From Nitrospirae bacterium UBA4572 (GTDB taxonomy: Bacteria > Nitrospirota > Leptospirillia > Leptospirillales > Leptospirillaceae), in assembly GCA_002387725.1 (NCBI GenBank), contig DGKK01000025.1, forward strand, positions 10,400-73,592: a stretch of 63,193 bases of DNA, written 5' to 3'. The position numbers and the translations under genes were made by a program. The notes under the pieces were generated by a model. That model was not told where the DNA came from. It saw only the letters and a program-made list of their open reading frames with translations, and ran no database searches. Position 1 is the first letter of the stretch; the number at the start of each line of letters is the position of its first letter. This document shows positions 44,648 to 52,756 of the stretch, one piece after another.

Positions 44648-46100
44648 GAAGGGCCTTCTGATAAACCGAGTAGAGAGTGGCCGGAAAGACCGTTCCCAGG
44701 ATCAGCGCCAGTCCGAGATGGATCCAGATAGGGAAAAACGTGAGCTTGGGCAGTGGGGGGAGGGGTTTCGTCGTCATGGAGGGGCCCCCTTCACTGATCT
44801 CGAGAATGCGGAAGATCAGTACTCCGAAGGTGACGAAGAGGGCGAGAAGGAGAAAGGGAACGGCAAAGGGAATTCTTTTGACGGCCTCGGTGATGATCAG
44901 AAGCTCGCTGGCAAAGAGGGCGAAGGGAGGGAGGCCCGTGATGGCGAATCCTCCCGCCAGGAGTGCCCGGGCGAGTCCGGGCGTCCTGAGGGCCACCTCG
45001 CGGATGGACGGAATCTTCTGTGACCCGGAGGTCTGGACAATGTGTCCCACGGCAAAGAAGATCGCCGATTTGACGAGGCTGTGAGTGGTCATATGGAGTA
45101 GTCCCGCAAAGGTGGCCAGCGGGCCACCGATGCCGAAGGCCAGAGTGGCGAGCCCCATGTGCTCGATCGAGGAGTAGGCGAAAAGGCGTTTGATGTCCTG
45201 CCTCTTCCACATCGAGATCGAGGCGAGGAGGACGGAGGCCAGTCCGAATCCCATCAGGAGATTCGAGGGCATGGAGCTGTGGATCGCTCCGTCTGCCAGG
45301 GACTTGACTCTGAGGATGGCATAGAGGGCGACGTTCAGGAGGAGGCCCGAAAGGACCGCCGAGATGGGTGTGGGACCTTCCGCATGGGCATCCGGAAGCC
45401 AGTTGTGAAGGGGGACAAGCCCGACCTTGGTTCCGTATCCCACCATAAAAAAGACGAAGGCCAGCGACATCACGGTGGGTTCGAGCTGCGACTTGACGGT
45501 CTCGAGGTGAGTGAGAAGAAGCGCCGTTCCTCCGGGTCCCAGGGTTTTTTCGGAGGCGAAATAAAGGAGGATCGTTCCGAAAAGAGCCTGGGCAATTCCG
45601 ACGCCGCAAAGGATGAAGTATTTCCAGGAGGCCTTGATGGCGGCGGGGGTTCGGGTCCACCCTACGAGAAGGACCGTCGCCAGGGTCGCTCCTTCGAGCG
45701 CCACCCACAAAAGACCCAGGTTGTTGCTTGCCAGAACGACAATCATCGTCAGGACGAAAATCTGGTAAAGCGCGAGATAGAGGCGGGTCCTTTCCGGTGT
45801 CAGTCTGCCATGAGAAGCCTCGATCGTCATGTACCGGAGAGAGAAAAAGGAGGTCGTCGCCGCGACTCCTCCGGTGATGACAAGAAAAAGGGAGGAGAAG
45901 GTGTCGGCGAAGAGATTCTCGTCGAGGGCGACCAGGGGGCCATGAAGCGAGACCTCTTCACCGAGGATGAGGGTGAGGAAAAAGGTCAGGAGCGAGAAGG
46001 CGATATTCAGGAGCGGGGCGATTTTCCTGTGGCCCCAGAGGCCAAGAACGATGGCTCCGGTGATCGGTGAAAGTATCATGAGGACGAGAATCACAGTCAC
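44619..46100 (-). CDS. Antiporter-like membrane subunit (HyfF / NuoM-N family)
   Basis: 493-aa polytopic ORF with the signature LHNWLPDAHAEGPTPISAVLSGLLLNVALYAILR. Confidence 0.88.
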   Translation of the reverse strand: MTVILVLMILSPITGAIVLGLWGHRKIAPLLNIAFSLLTFFLTLILGEEVSLHGPLVALDENLFADTFSSLFLVITGGVAATTSFFSLRYMTIEASHGRLTPERTRLYLALYQIFVLTMIVVLASNNLGLLWVALEGATLATVLLVGWTRTPAAIKASWKYFILCGVGIAQALFGTILLYFASEKTLGPGGTALLLTHLETVKSQLEPTVMSLAFVFFMVGYGTKVGLVPLHNWLPDAHAEGPTPISAVLSGLLLNVALYAILRVKSLADGAIHSSMPSNLLMGFGLASVLLASISMWKRQDIKRLFAYSSIEHMGLATLAFGIGGPLATFAGLLHMTTHSLVKSAIFFAVGHIVQTSGSQKIPSIREVALRTPGLARALLAGGFAITGLPPFALFASELLIITEAVKRIPFAVPFLLLALFVTFGVLIFRILEISEGGPSMTTKPLPPLPKLTFFPIWIHLGLALILGTVFPATLYSVYQKALLVLGGPHGG

Positions 46101-46771
46101 TCCGTCGGGGTATTGTCCATGTGTTTCAGGTCAAAGCTTTCGAATGTTTCCCGGATCTGGAAGAAGAAGATCCCGAAGACGAAGGTGCCCACAAGAACAT
46201 CGAAGGCCACGCCAAGCTCCACGACCATGGGCATCCCATAGGTGGCATTGATCGCGGAGAAAAAGAGGGCGTTTTCCATTCCCAGAAATCCCAACACCTG
46301 CGTGACGGCCTTTCGTCGGGTGATCATCATGAGGAAGGAGAGGAGCAGGGCGGCCAGACCTACTCCGATCAACCCGCGGGAGACCGTATTGGCCATCTCG
46401 GAGATGGGGGCGGCCAGGGCAAAGGAAAAAACCACGACAAAGAGTCCGACCACCATGGTGGTCGGAACGTTAAGAAGAACCTCCACCTCTCCCCGGATGT
46501 GCAGTCGCTCGAGAAGGCGAAAGAGAAGGATCGGCAGCAGAAGAACCTTGAAGGCCAGGGTGAAGAGGGCGGAGAAGAAAAGATGAGGCTCTCCTGCGGC
46601 AAGGGCCACAGAGAGCGTGCTGAGTGTCAGGAGGATTCCCTGCAGGGCAAAGATTCTGACAAGGGAGGCCATTCGCCTCATGGAGAGCATGGCGAACGAG
46701 GAAAGGAGAAGGGCGCTTCCGAGGAAGCCGACAAGCGGGCTCGTCGGGGGAGAGACAAAAGAGGCAGCCAT
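46097..46771 (-). CDS. HyfE-like small membrane subunit
   Basis: Start at ATG 46771 (MAASFVSPP..., 224 aa). Multi-TM with a GFLGMENALFF block resembling HyfE. Confidence 0.78.
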   Translation of the reverse strand: MAASFVSPPTSPLVGFLGSALLLSSFAMLSMRRMASLVRIFALQGILLTLSTLSVALAAGEPHLFFSALFTLAFKVLLLPILLFRLLERLHIRGEVEVLLNVPTTMVVGLFVVVFSFALAAPISEMANTVSRGLIGVGLAALLLSFLMMITRRKAVTQVLGFLGMENALFFSAINATYGMPMVVELGVAFDVLVGTFVFGIFFFQIRETFESFDLKHMDNTPTE

Positions 46772-46772
46772 G

Positions 46773-47741
46773 TTATCCCTCAAGGACAAAGTGAAGGAGA
46801 AAACCCAGCGTTGACAGAAGATAGGCCAATGCCGTGAATTCCGGGACCCTGAAGATCCTGAGCTTCGCAAAGAGTGATTCGATCAGGGCCAGAAGAGCTC
46901 CGAGAATGAAAAGTTTTCCCAAAAGAAGGATCCCCCCTTCGAGAAGGCCCGAAAGAGCGAAAGTCCGCGGAATCCCCGCGGGGGCAAAAAAGTCGATTCC
47001 CAGAAGGAGGTAGAGAAGGAGCTTTTGCATCGATCCCCATTCCATCAGGGCCAGAAGGGGGCCGGAATATTCGAGAAGCATCGCCTCGTGGATCATCGTC
47101 AGCTCCAGGTGCGTCGATGGGTTGTCGATGGGGAGCCGGGCATTTTCTCCGAGGAAGACAAGGATGAAGGCCATGGCGGCAATCAGGAGGCTGGGATGAA
47201 AGGGGAGAGGGCCCTTCGAGAAAGATGTCAGGATCGAAGGGATCGACGTGGATCCCGACCAGAGCGAGACGGTGAAGAGGATCATGAGGGTGGCAGGCTC
47301 GGTCAGAAAGGCCACCATCATCTCCCTGCGCCCTCCCATGTCTCCGAAGGGGGTTCCGAGATCCATGGCGGCCATTGCCATGGAAAACCGGGCCAAAGAG
47401 AAGAGGCCGACAAGCGTGACGGCATCGGCGACGGGAGCCAGAGGAGGGGATGTTCCCAAAAAGGGGACAAGAAGGGCCGCCACCGCCATGATGGAGAAAA
47501 AGAGAGGCGGGACAGCGAGGAAAAGAGGCGAATGCCCCTCCGGAAGAATCATCTCCTTGCGAAAGAGGCGCACAAGATTCCTCCAGGGTTGCAAAATCCC
47601 AGCAGGGGATCGGTTCTGGAGAATGGCCCGGACGGTACCGATCCACCCATATAAAAGGGGGGCCAGGAAAAGGACAAAGGCCATCTGAAGAAGGGAGATC
47701 GCGATGGCTAAGGAGCCGTGAAAGGAAGAAGCTAGTGCCAT
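46773..47741 (-). CDS. NuoH/HycD/HyfC-like membrane subunit
   Basis: 322-aa polytopic ORF with a NuoH-family pattern (..RLPIDNPSTHLELTMIHEAMLLEYSG..). Confidence 0.88.
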   Translation of the reverse strand: MALASSFHGSLAIAISLLQMAFVLFLAPLLYGWIGTVRAILQNRSPAGILQPWRNLVRLFRKEMILPEGHSPLFLAVPPLFFSIMAVAALLVPFLGTSPPLAPVADAVTLVGLFSLARFSMAMAAMDLGTPFGDMGGRREMMVAFLTEPATLMILFTVSLWSGSTSIPSILTSFSKGPLPFHPSLLIAAMAFILVFLGENARLPIDNPSTHLELTMIHEAMLLEYSGPLLALMEWGSMQKLLLYLLLGIDFFAPAGIPRTFALSGLLEGGILLLGKLFILGALLALIESLFAKLRIFRVPEFTALAYLLSTLGFLLHFVLEG

Positions 47742-49783
47742 CGGAGCACCGACAGAAGAAGGATGAGGGTGGTGAAGCTGTAGATCAGGTAGATTGAAAT
47801 TCGCCCCGAGCGAACACGTTCCGCCCCTTCCGCAATGGCGACAAAAAGACGGAACAGCGGGCGATAGAGGAGCGGCCAGTGAGGATCCTCGACGGAGAGG
47901 AGAAAGACAGGATCGGGATCATCCGGAGAGGGGAGATGTCTCTTCATGGAGAAAAAGACTGGAAAGAAATGGCGAATCGGCTGGGCAAAGGATTCGGCTG
48001 TGGCCTGGGAGCGTCTGTAAGAATCGCGATAGCCGCATCCCCAGGGGATTGAGAGGCGACGCTTTTTTCCTTCTGTCCCCAGAACAAGCCAGAGGACGGG
48101 CAGTGTCAGGATGACGAGGAGAAGGAGAAGAAAAAGAGGGGATGTGGAGGGGCCGGCCGGGGGAAGGGGGAGAAGCCAGGCCCATCCGTAGGCTCCGGAG
48201 GGAGAGGGCAGGGTCGTGGAGGTCAGGGGAGAGACGGCCTTGAGGATTTCACCGAGGACGAGGCTGGGAAAGAGCCCCAGGAAGAGAGAGCCCATGGCCA
48301 GGCCTCCCATGCCCAATCGTTCAAAGAGGGAACATTCGTGAGCCGCCCTGGCCCCGTCGGAACGGGGCTGGCCAAGATATCCCACCCCGAAGAACTTGAG
48401 AAATCCCATGGCGGCGAGGGCCGATGCCAACACAAGTATGGCCGCGCCAAAAAGAACGGCACTGCGTTGAATGGTTCCGAGGAGGTCGCGGGCCTGCAGG
48501 GTGGACTGGAGAAGAAGCCATTCCGAGACGAAGCCGTTCGTCGGAGGAATCCCTGAAATGGAAAGGACCGCGATGAGGACCAAGGCTCCGGAGACAGGCA
48601 TTTTTTTGAAGAGCCCTCCCATCCGGTTGAGATTCGTCTCCCCCGTCGCATGAATCATGGTTCCCGCCCCAAGGAAGAGAAGTGCCTTGAAGAAGGCATG
48701 GTTGAGGGCGTGGTAGAGAGCGGCACAGAGTGCCAGGGTTCCTGCCAGGGGGTGTCCTGTCTTCAGATAGAGAATGCCGAGCCCTGTTCCCAAGAGAATC
48801 AGGCCGATGTTTTCAATGGAAGAGTAGGCGAGAAGGGTCTTGGTGTCAGACTGGAGGATGGCGTGAAGAATCCCGAACAGGGCCATGAAGGCTCCGGTGA
48901 CGAGCAGGAGAATGCCAAATGAGGGGGCGAGCTGGGGAAGTCCCACGAGGTCGAAGAGGGCGCGGATCAGTCCGTAGATGGCCGCCTTGAGCATGACCCC
49001 GCTCAACAGGGCCGAGGCCGGAGCCGGGGCGGCCGGATGCGCCAGCGGGAGCCAGACGTGAAGAGGGACAACGCCGGCCTTGGCTCCGAAGCCCAATAGA
49101 AAAAGGAGGGAAACCAGAAGGGCTTCTCCTGAGGACAGATGGTTCATCTTCAGGGCCTCGAAAGAGAAGGAGGCCATCGTCAGCGAGCCGGAGGGAAGCT
49201 CCCGGGTGGCCAGGAGCGCAAAGGCGGTCACGATCAGCATGCTTCCTCCATGCGCCAGGAGGAGCGTGAGATAGCTGGCGCGACGAACCCCTTCGGTGTT
49301 TTCTCCGGAAAGGATCAGGAAAAACGAGGCGACGGCCATGATCTCCCAGAAAAGCATGAAGGAGTAGACATCAGCGGCGAGGAAGACTCCCCCCGTAAAA
49401 AAGAGAAAAACCGTGGTCTTGGCCAGAAACTGGGCCTTCTTTTCAGGGGCCTCATTCTTTGTGTATCCGGCCGAATAGAGCAGAACTCCCGCCGAGGCTC
49501 CTCCCAGAAGAAGAAGAAAAAAGCCCGAGAGAGGATCGAGGCGAAGATGAAATGAGAGTCCGGGAATTCCTCCGGGTAGGATCAGTCGGGTGTCCGAGGT
49601 TGTGACAAGGGGGAGAAGCCCCGAAAGGGCAATGGCCAGACTCTCCAGGGAGAGGAGGGTAAAGAAAAAGGAGGCCAGAGAGGGGCGGCGCCCGACAACT
49701 CCGGCACCGGCCAGTCCTGTGAAAAGAAGGGTGAGAAGTGCGGCGAGAGTCAGGAAAATCGGAGAGGGAAAGAGCGTCATCAC
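47732..49783 (-). CDS. NuoL/HycC/HyfB-like antiporter-type membrane subunit
   Basis: 683-aa polytopic ORF. LHVWLPLAHPAAPAPASALLSGVMLKAAIYGLIR, plus a C-terminal PWGCGY block as in HycC/HyfB. Confidence 0.9.
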   Translation of the reverse strand: MMTLFPSPIFLTLAALLTLLFTGLAGAGVVGRRPSLASFFFTLLSLESLAIALSGLLPLVTTSDTRLILPGGIPGLSFHLRLDPLSGFFLLLLGGASAGVLLYSAGYTKNEAPEKKAQFLAKTTVFLFFTGGVFLAADVYSFMLFWEIMAVASFFLILSGENTEGVRRASYLTLLLAHGGSMLIVTAFALLATRELPSGSLTMASFSFEALKMNHLSSGEALLVSLLFLLGFGAKAGVVPLHVWLPLAHPAAPAPASALLSGVMLKAAIYGLIRALFDLVGLPQLAPSFGILLLVTGAFMALFGILHAILQSDTKTLLAYSSIENIGLILLGTGLGILYLKTGHPLAGTLALCAALYHALNHAFFKALLFLGAGTMIHATGETNLNRMGGLFKKMPVSGALVLIAVLSISGIPPTNGFVSEWLLLQSTLQARDLLGTIQRSAVLFGAAILVLASALAAMGFLKFFGVGYLGQPRSDGARAAHECSLFERLGMGGLAMGSLFLGLFPSLVLGEILKAVSPLTSTTLPSPSGAYGWAWLLPLPPAGPSTSPLFLLLLLVILTLPVLWLVLGTEGKKRRLSIPWGCGYRDSYRRSQATAESFAQPIRHFFPVFFSMKRHLPSPDDPDPVFLLSVEDPHWPLLYRPLFRLFVAIAEGAERVRSGRISIYLIYSFTTLILLLSVLRWH

Positions 49784-49979
49784 GGATGCATCATCTTTTC
49801 GGTTGGAAGGAGATGCCCTGCTTTCCTTAGAGGGGGAGAGGAAGGAGTATGTTCAAAATAGTAGATCATCTCTGTTCATTATACTATATTTTTTCGGGGG
49901 AGAGTAAAGTCGGGAATTCATTGCCCTCCGTCTTGAAATTGGAGCTCAAGGGCCCTAGGATGAGAGAAGGAGGGGGAAA

Positions 49980-50300
49980 ATGCGAGAAGATCCGCGGGAC
50001 ATACAACAAAACGAGGTGGCTCGGGAGATCGAGCGGAGCCAGGGCCCCATTCCCTGGTGGATGGTCATCCTGATCGTCATCGTCTATGCGACGGCGATCA
50101 TTCTTTCTCTTCCCATCTTGGGGAACCGGACCGGACAAAACATCAATACCTTCTTCTCCCCGGACCACAAACGGGGGACCTTCGACTTCGGAACCGTGGG
50201 AGGCGGGGCCTATCTTGCAGGGGGATTTTTTGTCATCTACTACGTGTTCATGATCCGGCCCCGCAGGATGCAAAAGAAGAAAAGCCAGAAGCTTCCCTGA
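49980..50300 (+). CDS. Small two-TM membrane protein (unknown function)
   Basis: 106-aa ORF with a strong SD (GGAGGGGG), two hydrophobic helices and a basic tail. Its stop is 2 nt before the M50 protease ATG. Confidence 0.55.
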   Translation: MREDPRDIQQNEVAREIERSQGPIPWWMVILIVIVYATAIILSLPILGNRTGQNINTFFSPDHKRGTFDFGTVGGGAYLAGGFFVIYYVFMIRPRRMQKKKSQKLP

Positions 50301-50302
50301 CC

Positions 50303-51169
50303 ATGCCCCTGGAGCCCCGTCCCCGTCGGGAGAAATTTCTGGCGGGAATCCTGTTTTCCCTGACCGCCCTCTCGACCACCTTTGCCGGTGCCCTGCTGGC
50401 CGGAGTCGACCCGCTGGCAACCCCCGGAGGATTCTTCACGGGGCTGCCCTATTCCCTGACGCTTCTCCTGATCCTTTCTGCTCATGAGGCCGGGCACTTT
50501 TTGATGGCCCGACATTATGGCGTCAATTCCCCCTTGCCCTGGTTCATCCCCGCTCCCACGTTGGTGGGAACCTTCGGAGCCCTGATCCGGCTTCCCCGTC
50601 TCCCGGGATCGCGCGTGGCGCTCTTTGACATTGCCCTGGCCGGACCGGTTGCGGGTCTCGTTCCGTCGATTCTGGCCCTGATAGTCGGGATCAGGATATC
50701 TTCCGTCATGGGAGGCTCTCCGGGTGACGGGAAGGGTCTGATTTTGGGGGAGTCACTTCTTTTTAAGGGAATGGAAGCCCTCTTTGGAGGAGTAAACGGC
50801 CCTGGTCAGACCCTCCTGCTCTCGCCAGTGGGCTTTGCCGGATGGGTGGGCCTTCTGGTGACGGCCCTCAACCTGCTTCCGGTGGGACAGCTTGACGGAG
50901 GCCACATCTCATACGCCCTCTTCGGGCGCAAGGCCCGATTTGTCTCCTGGGGGCTGGTTCTTGCGATGGGGATCCTCGGTTTTTTGGGGTGGAGGGGCTG
51001 GTGGATCTTCGGAGGGCTCGTTCTCCTGTTCGGTCCGGTGCATCCTGACTTGGGTGAAGCCCACGGAGAAAGGGAGGAATTGCCCTTGTCCCGGAAGGTT
51101 TGGGGGATGGTGGCGGCCCTTATTCTGGTTCTGGTCTTTGTCCCTGACCCTCTTCGTCCTGCCGGATAG
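50303..51169 (+). CDS. Site-2 protease family (M50) zinc metalloprotease, no PDZ
   Basis: Start at ATG 50303 (288 aa). HEAGHFLMARHYG (HExxH) and NLLPVGQLDGGH motifs. Confidence 0.85.
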   Translation: MPLEPRPRREKFLAGILFSLTALSTTFAGALLAGVDPLATPGGFFTGLPYSLTLLLILSAHEAGHFLMARHYGVNSPLPWFIPAPTLVGTFGALIRLPRLPGSRVALFDIALAGPVAGLVPSILALIVGIRISSVMGGSPGDGKGLILGESLLFKGMEALFGGVNGPGQTLLLSPVGFAGWVGLLVTALNLLPVGQLDGGHISYALFGRKARFVSWGLVLAMGILGFLGWRGWWIFGGLVLLFGPVHPDLGEAHGEREELPLSRKVWGMVAALILVLVFVPDPLRPAG

Positions 51170-52019
51170 TCCGGACCATCCACCCATGTATCCGACCGTT
51201 GCTTGCGACCACGATGGGGGCGTCGAGGCGAAAGGGGGCTCCGGTGCCGTCCGTGACCTGTCCTCCGGCTTCGGCAACGATCAGGGTTCCGGCGGCGGTG
51301 TCCCAGGGGGAGAGGTCGAGCTCCCAGAATCCGTCGAGAACTCCCATGGCCACATGGCAGAGGTCGAGGGCGGCCGACCCCGACCTCCGGATCCCCTGGG
51401 CCCCCCGGGAGAATCTTTCGAAGTGATCGAGGTTCCTGAGGACAGGACCATCGGCCTGTCGATAGGAAAATCCCGTGCATAAGAGAGAGCGTTCGGGATC
51501 GCTCTCGGACGAAACGGAGAGCGGAGATCCGTTGAGGGTGGCTCCCTGACCCCGAAGGGCTTCGAAGTCCATTCTCCGGAGGGGGTCAGAAACGAGGCCG
51601 TAGAGGACGGAGCCCGCTTCCTCGTAAGCGATGGAGATGCAAAAGGCCGGATAGCGGTGGGCATAGTTCGTGGTTCCATCGAGAGGGTCGATAATCCATC
51701 GCCCCGAAGAGCGGGGAGCCGGGGAAGGAGAAGGAGTTCCATTTCTGCTCCCGCTCTCCTCCGCGAGGAATCCGTGTTCGGGAAAGGCCTCCGAGAGAAT
51801 CCCGATGATCGTCCTTTCCGAGGCGAGATCGATCTCCGTGACGAGGTTGATCCGGCCCTTGAAGCCCACCTCGATTTTTCGGGTGAGGCCCTCCATTAGA
51901 ATCCCTCCGGCGCTGGCCGCCGCCCGGCGGGCCGTCGCCCGGATCCGTTCAAGAAAGGCGGGGTCCTTGGGAGAGAATGAGAAAGGGGGGCCCTCCCCTT
52001 TTTCGGAAGATGTCGGCAC
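51120..52019 (-). CDS. suhB: Inositol monophosphatase family protein (SuhB-like)
   Basis: 299-aa ORF with the WIIDPLDGTTNYAH and WDTAAG motifs. Confidence 0.9.
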   Translation of the reverse strand: MPTSSEKGEGPPFSFSPKDPAFLERIRATARRAAASAGGILMEGLTRKIEVGFKGRINLVTEIDLASERTIIGILSEAFPEHGFLAEESGSRNGTPSPSPAPRSSGRWIIDPLDGTTNYAHRYPAFCISIAYEEAGSVLYGLVSDPLRRMDFEALRGQGATLNGSPLSVSSESDPERSLLCTGFSYRQADGPVLRNLDHFERFSRGAQGIRRSGSAALDLCHVAMGVLDGFWELDLSPWDTAAGTLIVAEAGGQVTDGTGAPFRLDAPIVVASNGRIHGWMVRTIRQDEEGQGQRPEPE

Positions 52020-52170
52020 GCGAGCTCCTTGTCATCAGAGGATGAGGGGCCGTCCGTCCCTGACGGTCGAAATCCGGACGGGCAAGGGCCTCCGGGAACG
52101 GTGGGACTATCCATCGGAGGCTCACTTGTATGATAATGGAAAGAGCTCGATTTTTCTTTGAGGAGGATCC

Positions 52171-52713
52171 ATGTTTGTCACGATCACGTTTATCCGGTGG
52201 CTGCATCTCGTCGGCGCCGCGGCCCTTGTCGGGGGCATGGTCCTGCAGCTTTTCGTCGTCAGCCCGCTTTTGTCTTGGGTCGATCCGGCGATTCGGGGCA
52301 AGCTTGCCAAGAAGGCGACGGATTTCTATCTTCCCGTCTTCTGGGTCAGCCTTTCGCTCCTGATCATCACCGGGGCCTTCGTGATCTTTGACAGGCTCGT
52401 CTCTCTCGAAAATATGGTCTTCCCCTACAAGAACTCCTACGAGACCTTCTGGCTTCTCAAGCTGAGCTTCGTAGGGGGAATCGCCCTTCTGGGAATCGTC
52501 ATCGCCAAGATCTCGGGAGAGATCCGCCAGACGACCCGGGAACAGCTCTCGCAGGGGCAGGATTCCGAGACGGCCCTTCGCCTCGAAGGGAAGAAGTCCC
52601 GCCTCCGCCATACGGTGGGACTTCTGAGAAATCTCAACGTCATCCTTGGAATCTTTGTCCTCCTTTGGGCCGCAGTTCTCCAGAACATCTTCGGGCTTCT
52701 GATCCTGCGATAG
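52171..52713 (+). CDS. Four-TM membrane protein (CopD-domain-like; unknown function)
   Basis: 180-aa ORF with SD GAGGAGG. Four predicted helices and a charged loop between TM3 and TM4. Confidence 0.7.
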   Translation: MFVTITFIRWLHLVGAAALVGGMVLQLFVVSPLLSWVDPAIRGKLAKKATDFYLPVFWVSLSLLIITGAFVIFDRLVSLENMVFPYKNSYETFWLLKLSFVGGIALLGIVIAKISGEIRQTTREQLSQGQDSETALRLEGKKSRLRHTVGLLRNLNVILGIFVLLWAAVLQNIFGLLILR

Positions 52714-52756
52714 CATCCGGTCCCGACCCCGACAAACCCTCCGCAGTGGAGTTCTC

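Noticed and set aside
42590-49783. Calling the operon a formate hydrogenlyase / hydrogenase-4 (hyfBCEFGI).
   Set aside because: Gene order and membrane subunits fit. However, the catalytic subunit lacks all four Ni-Fe cysteines (one Cys in total). No HyfA/HyfH, FdhF or maturation genes are present either. It is therefore reported as a hydrogenase-related complex of unknown function.
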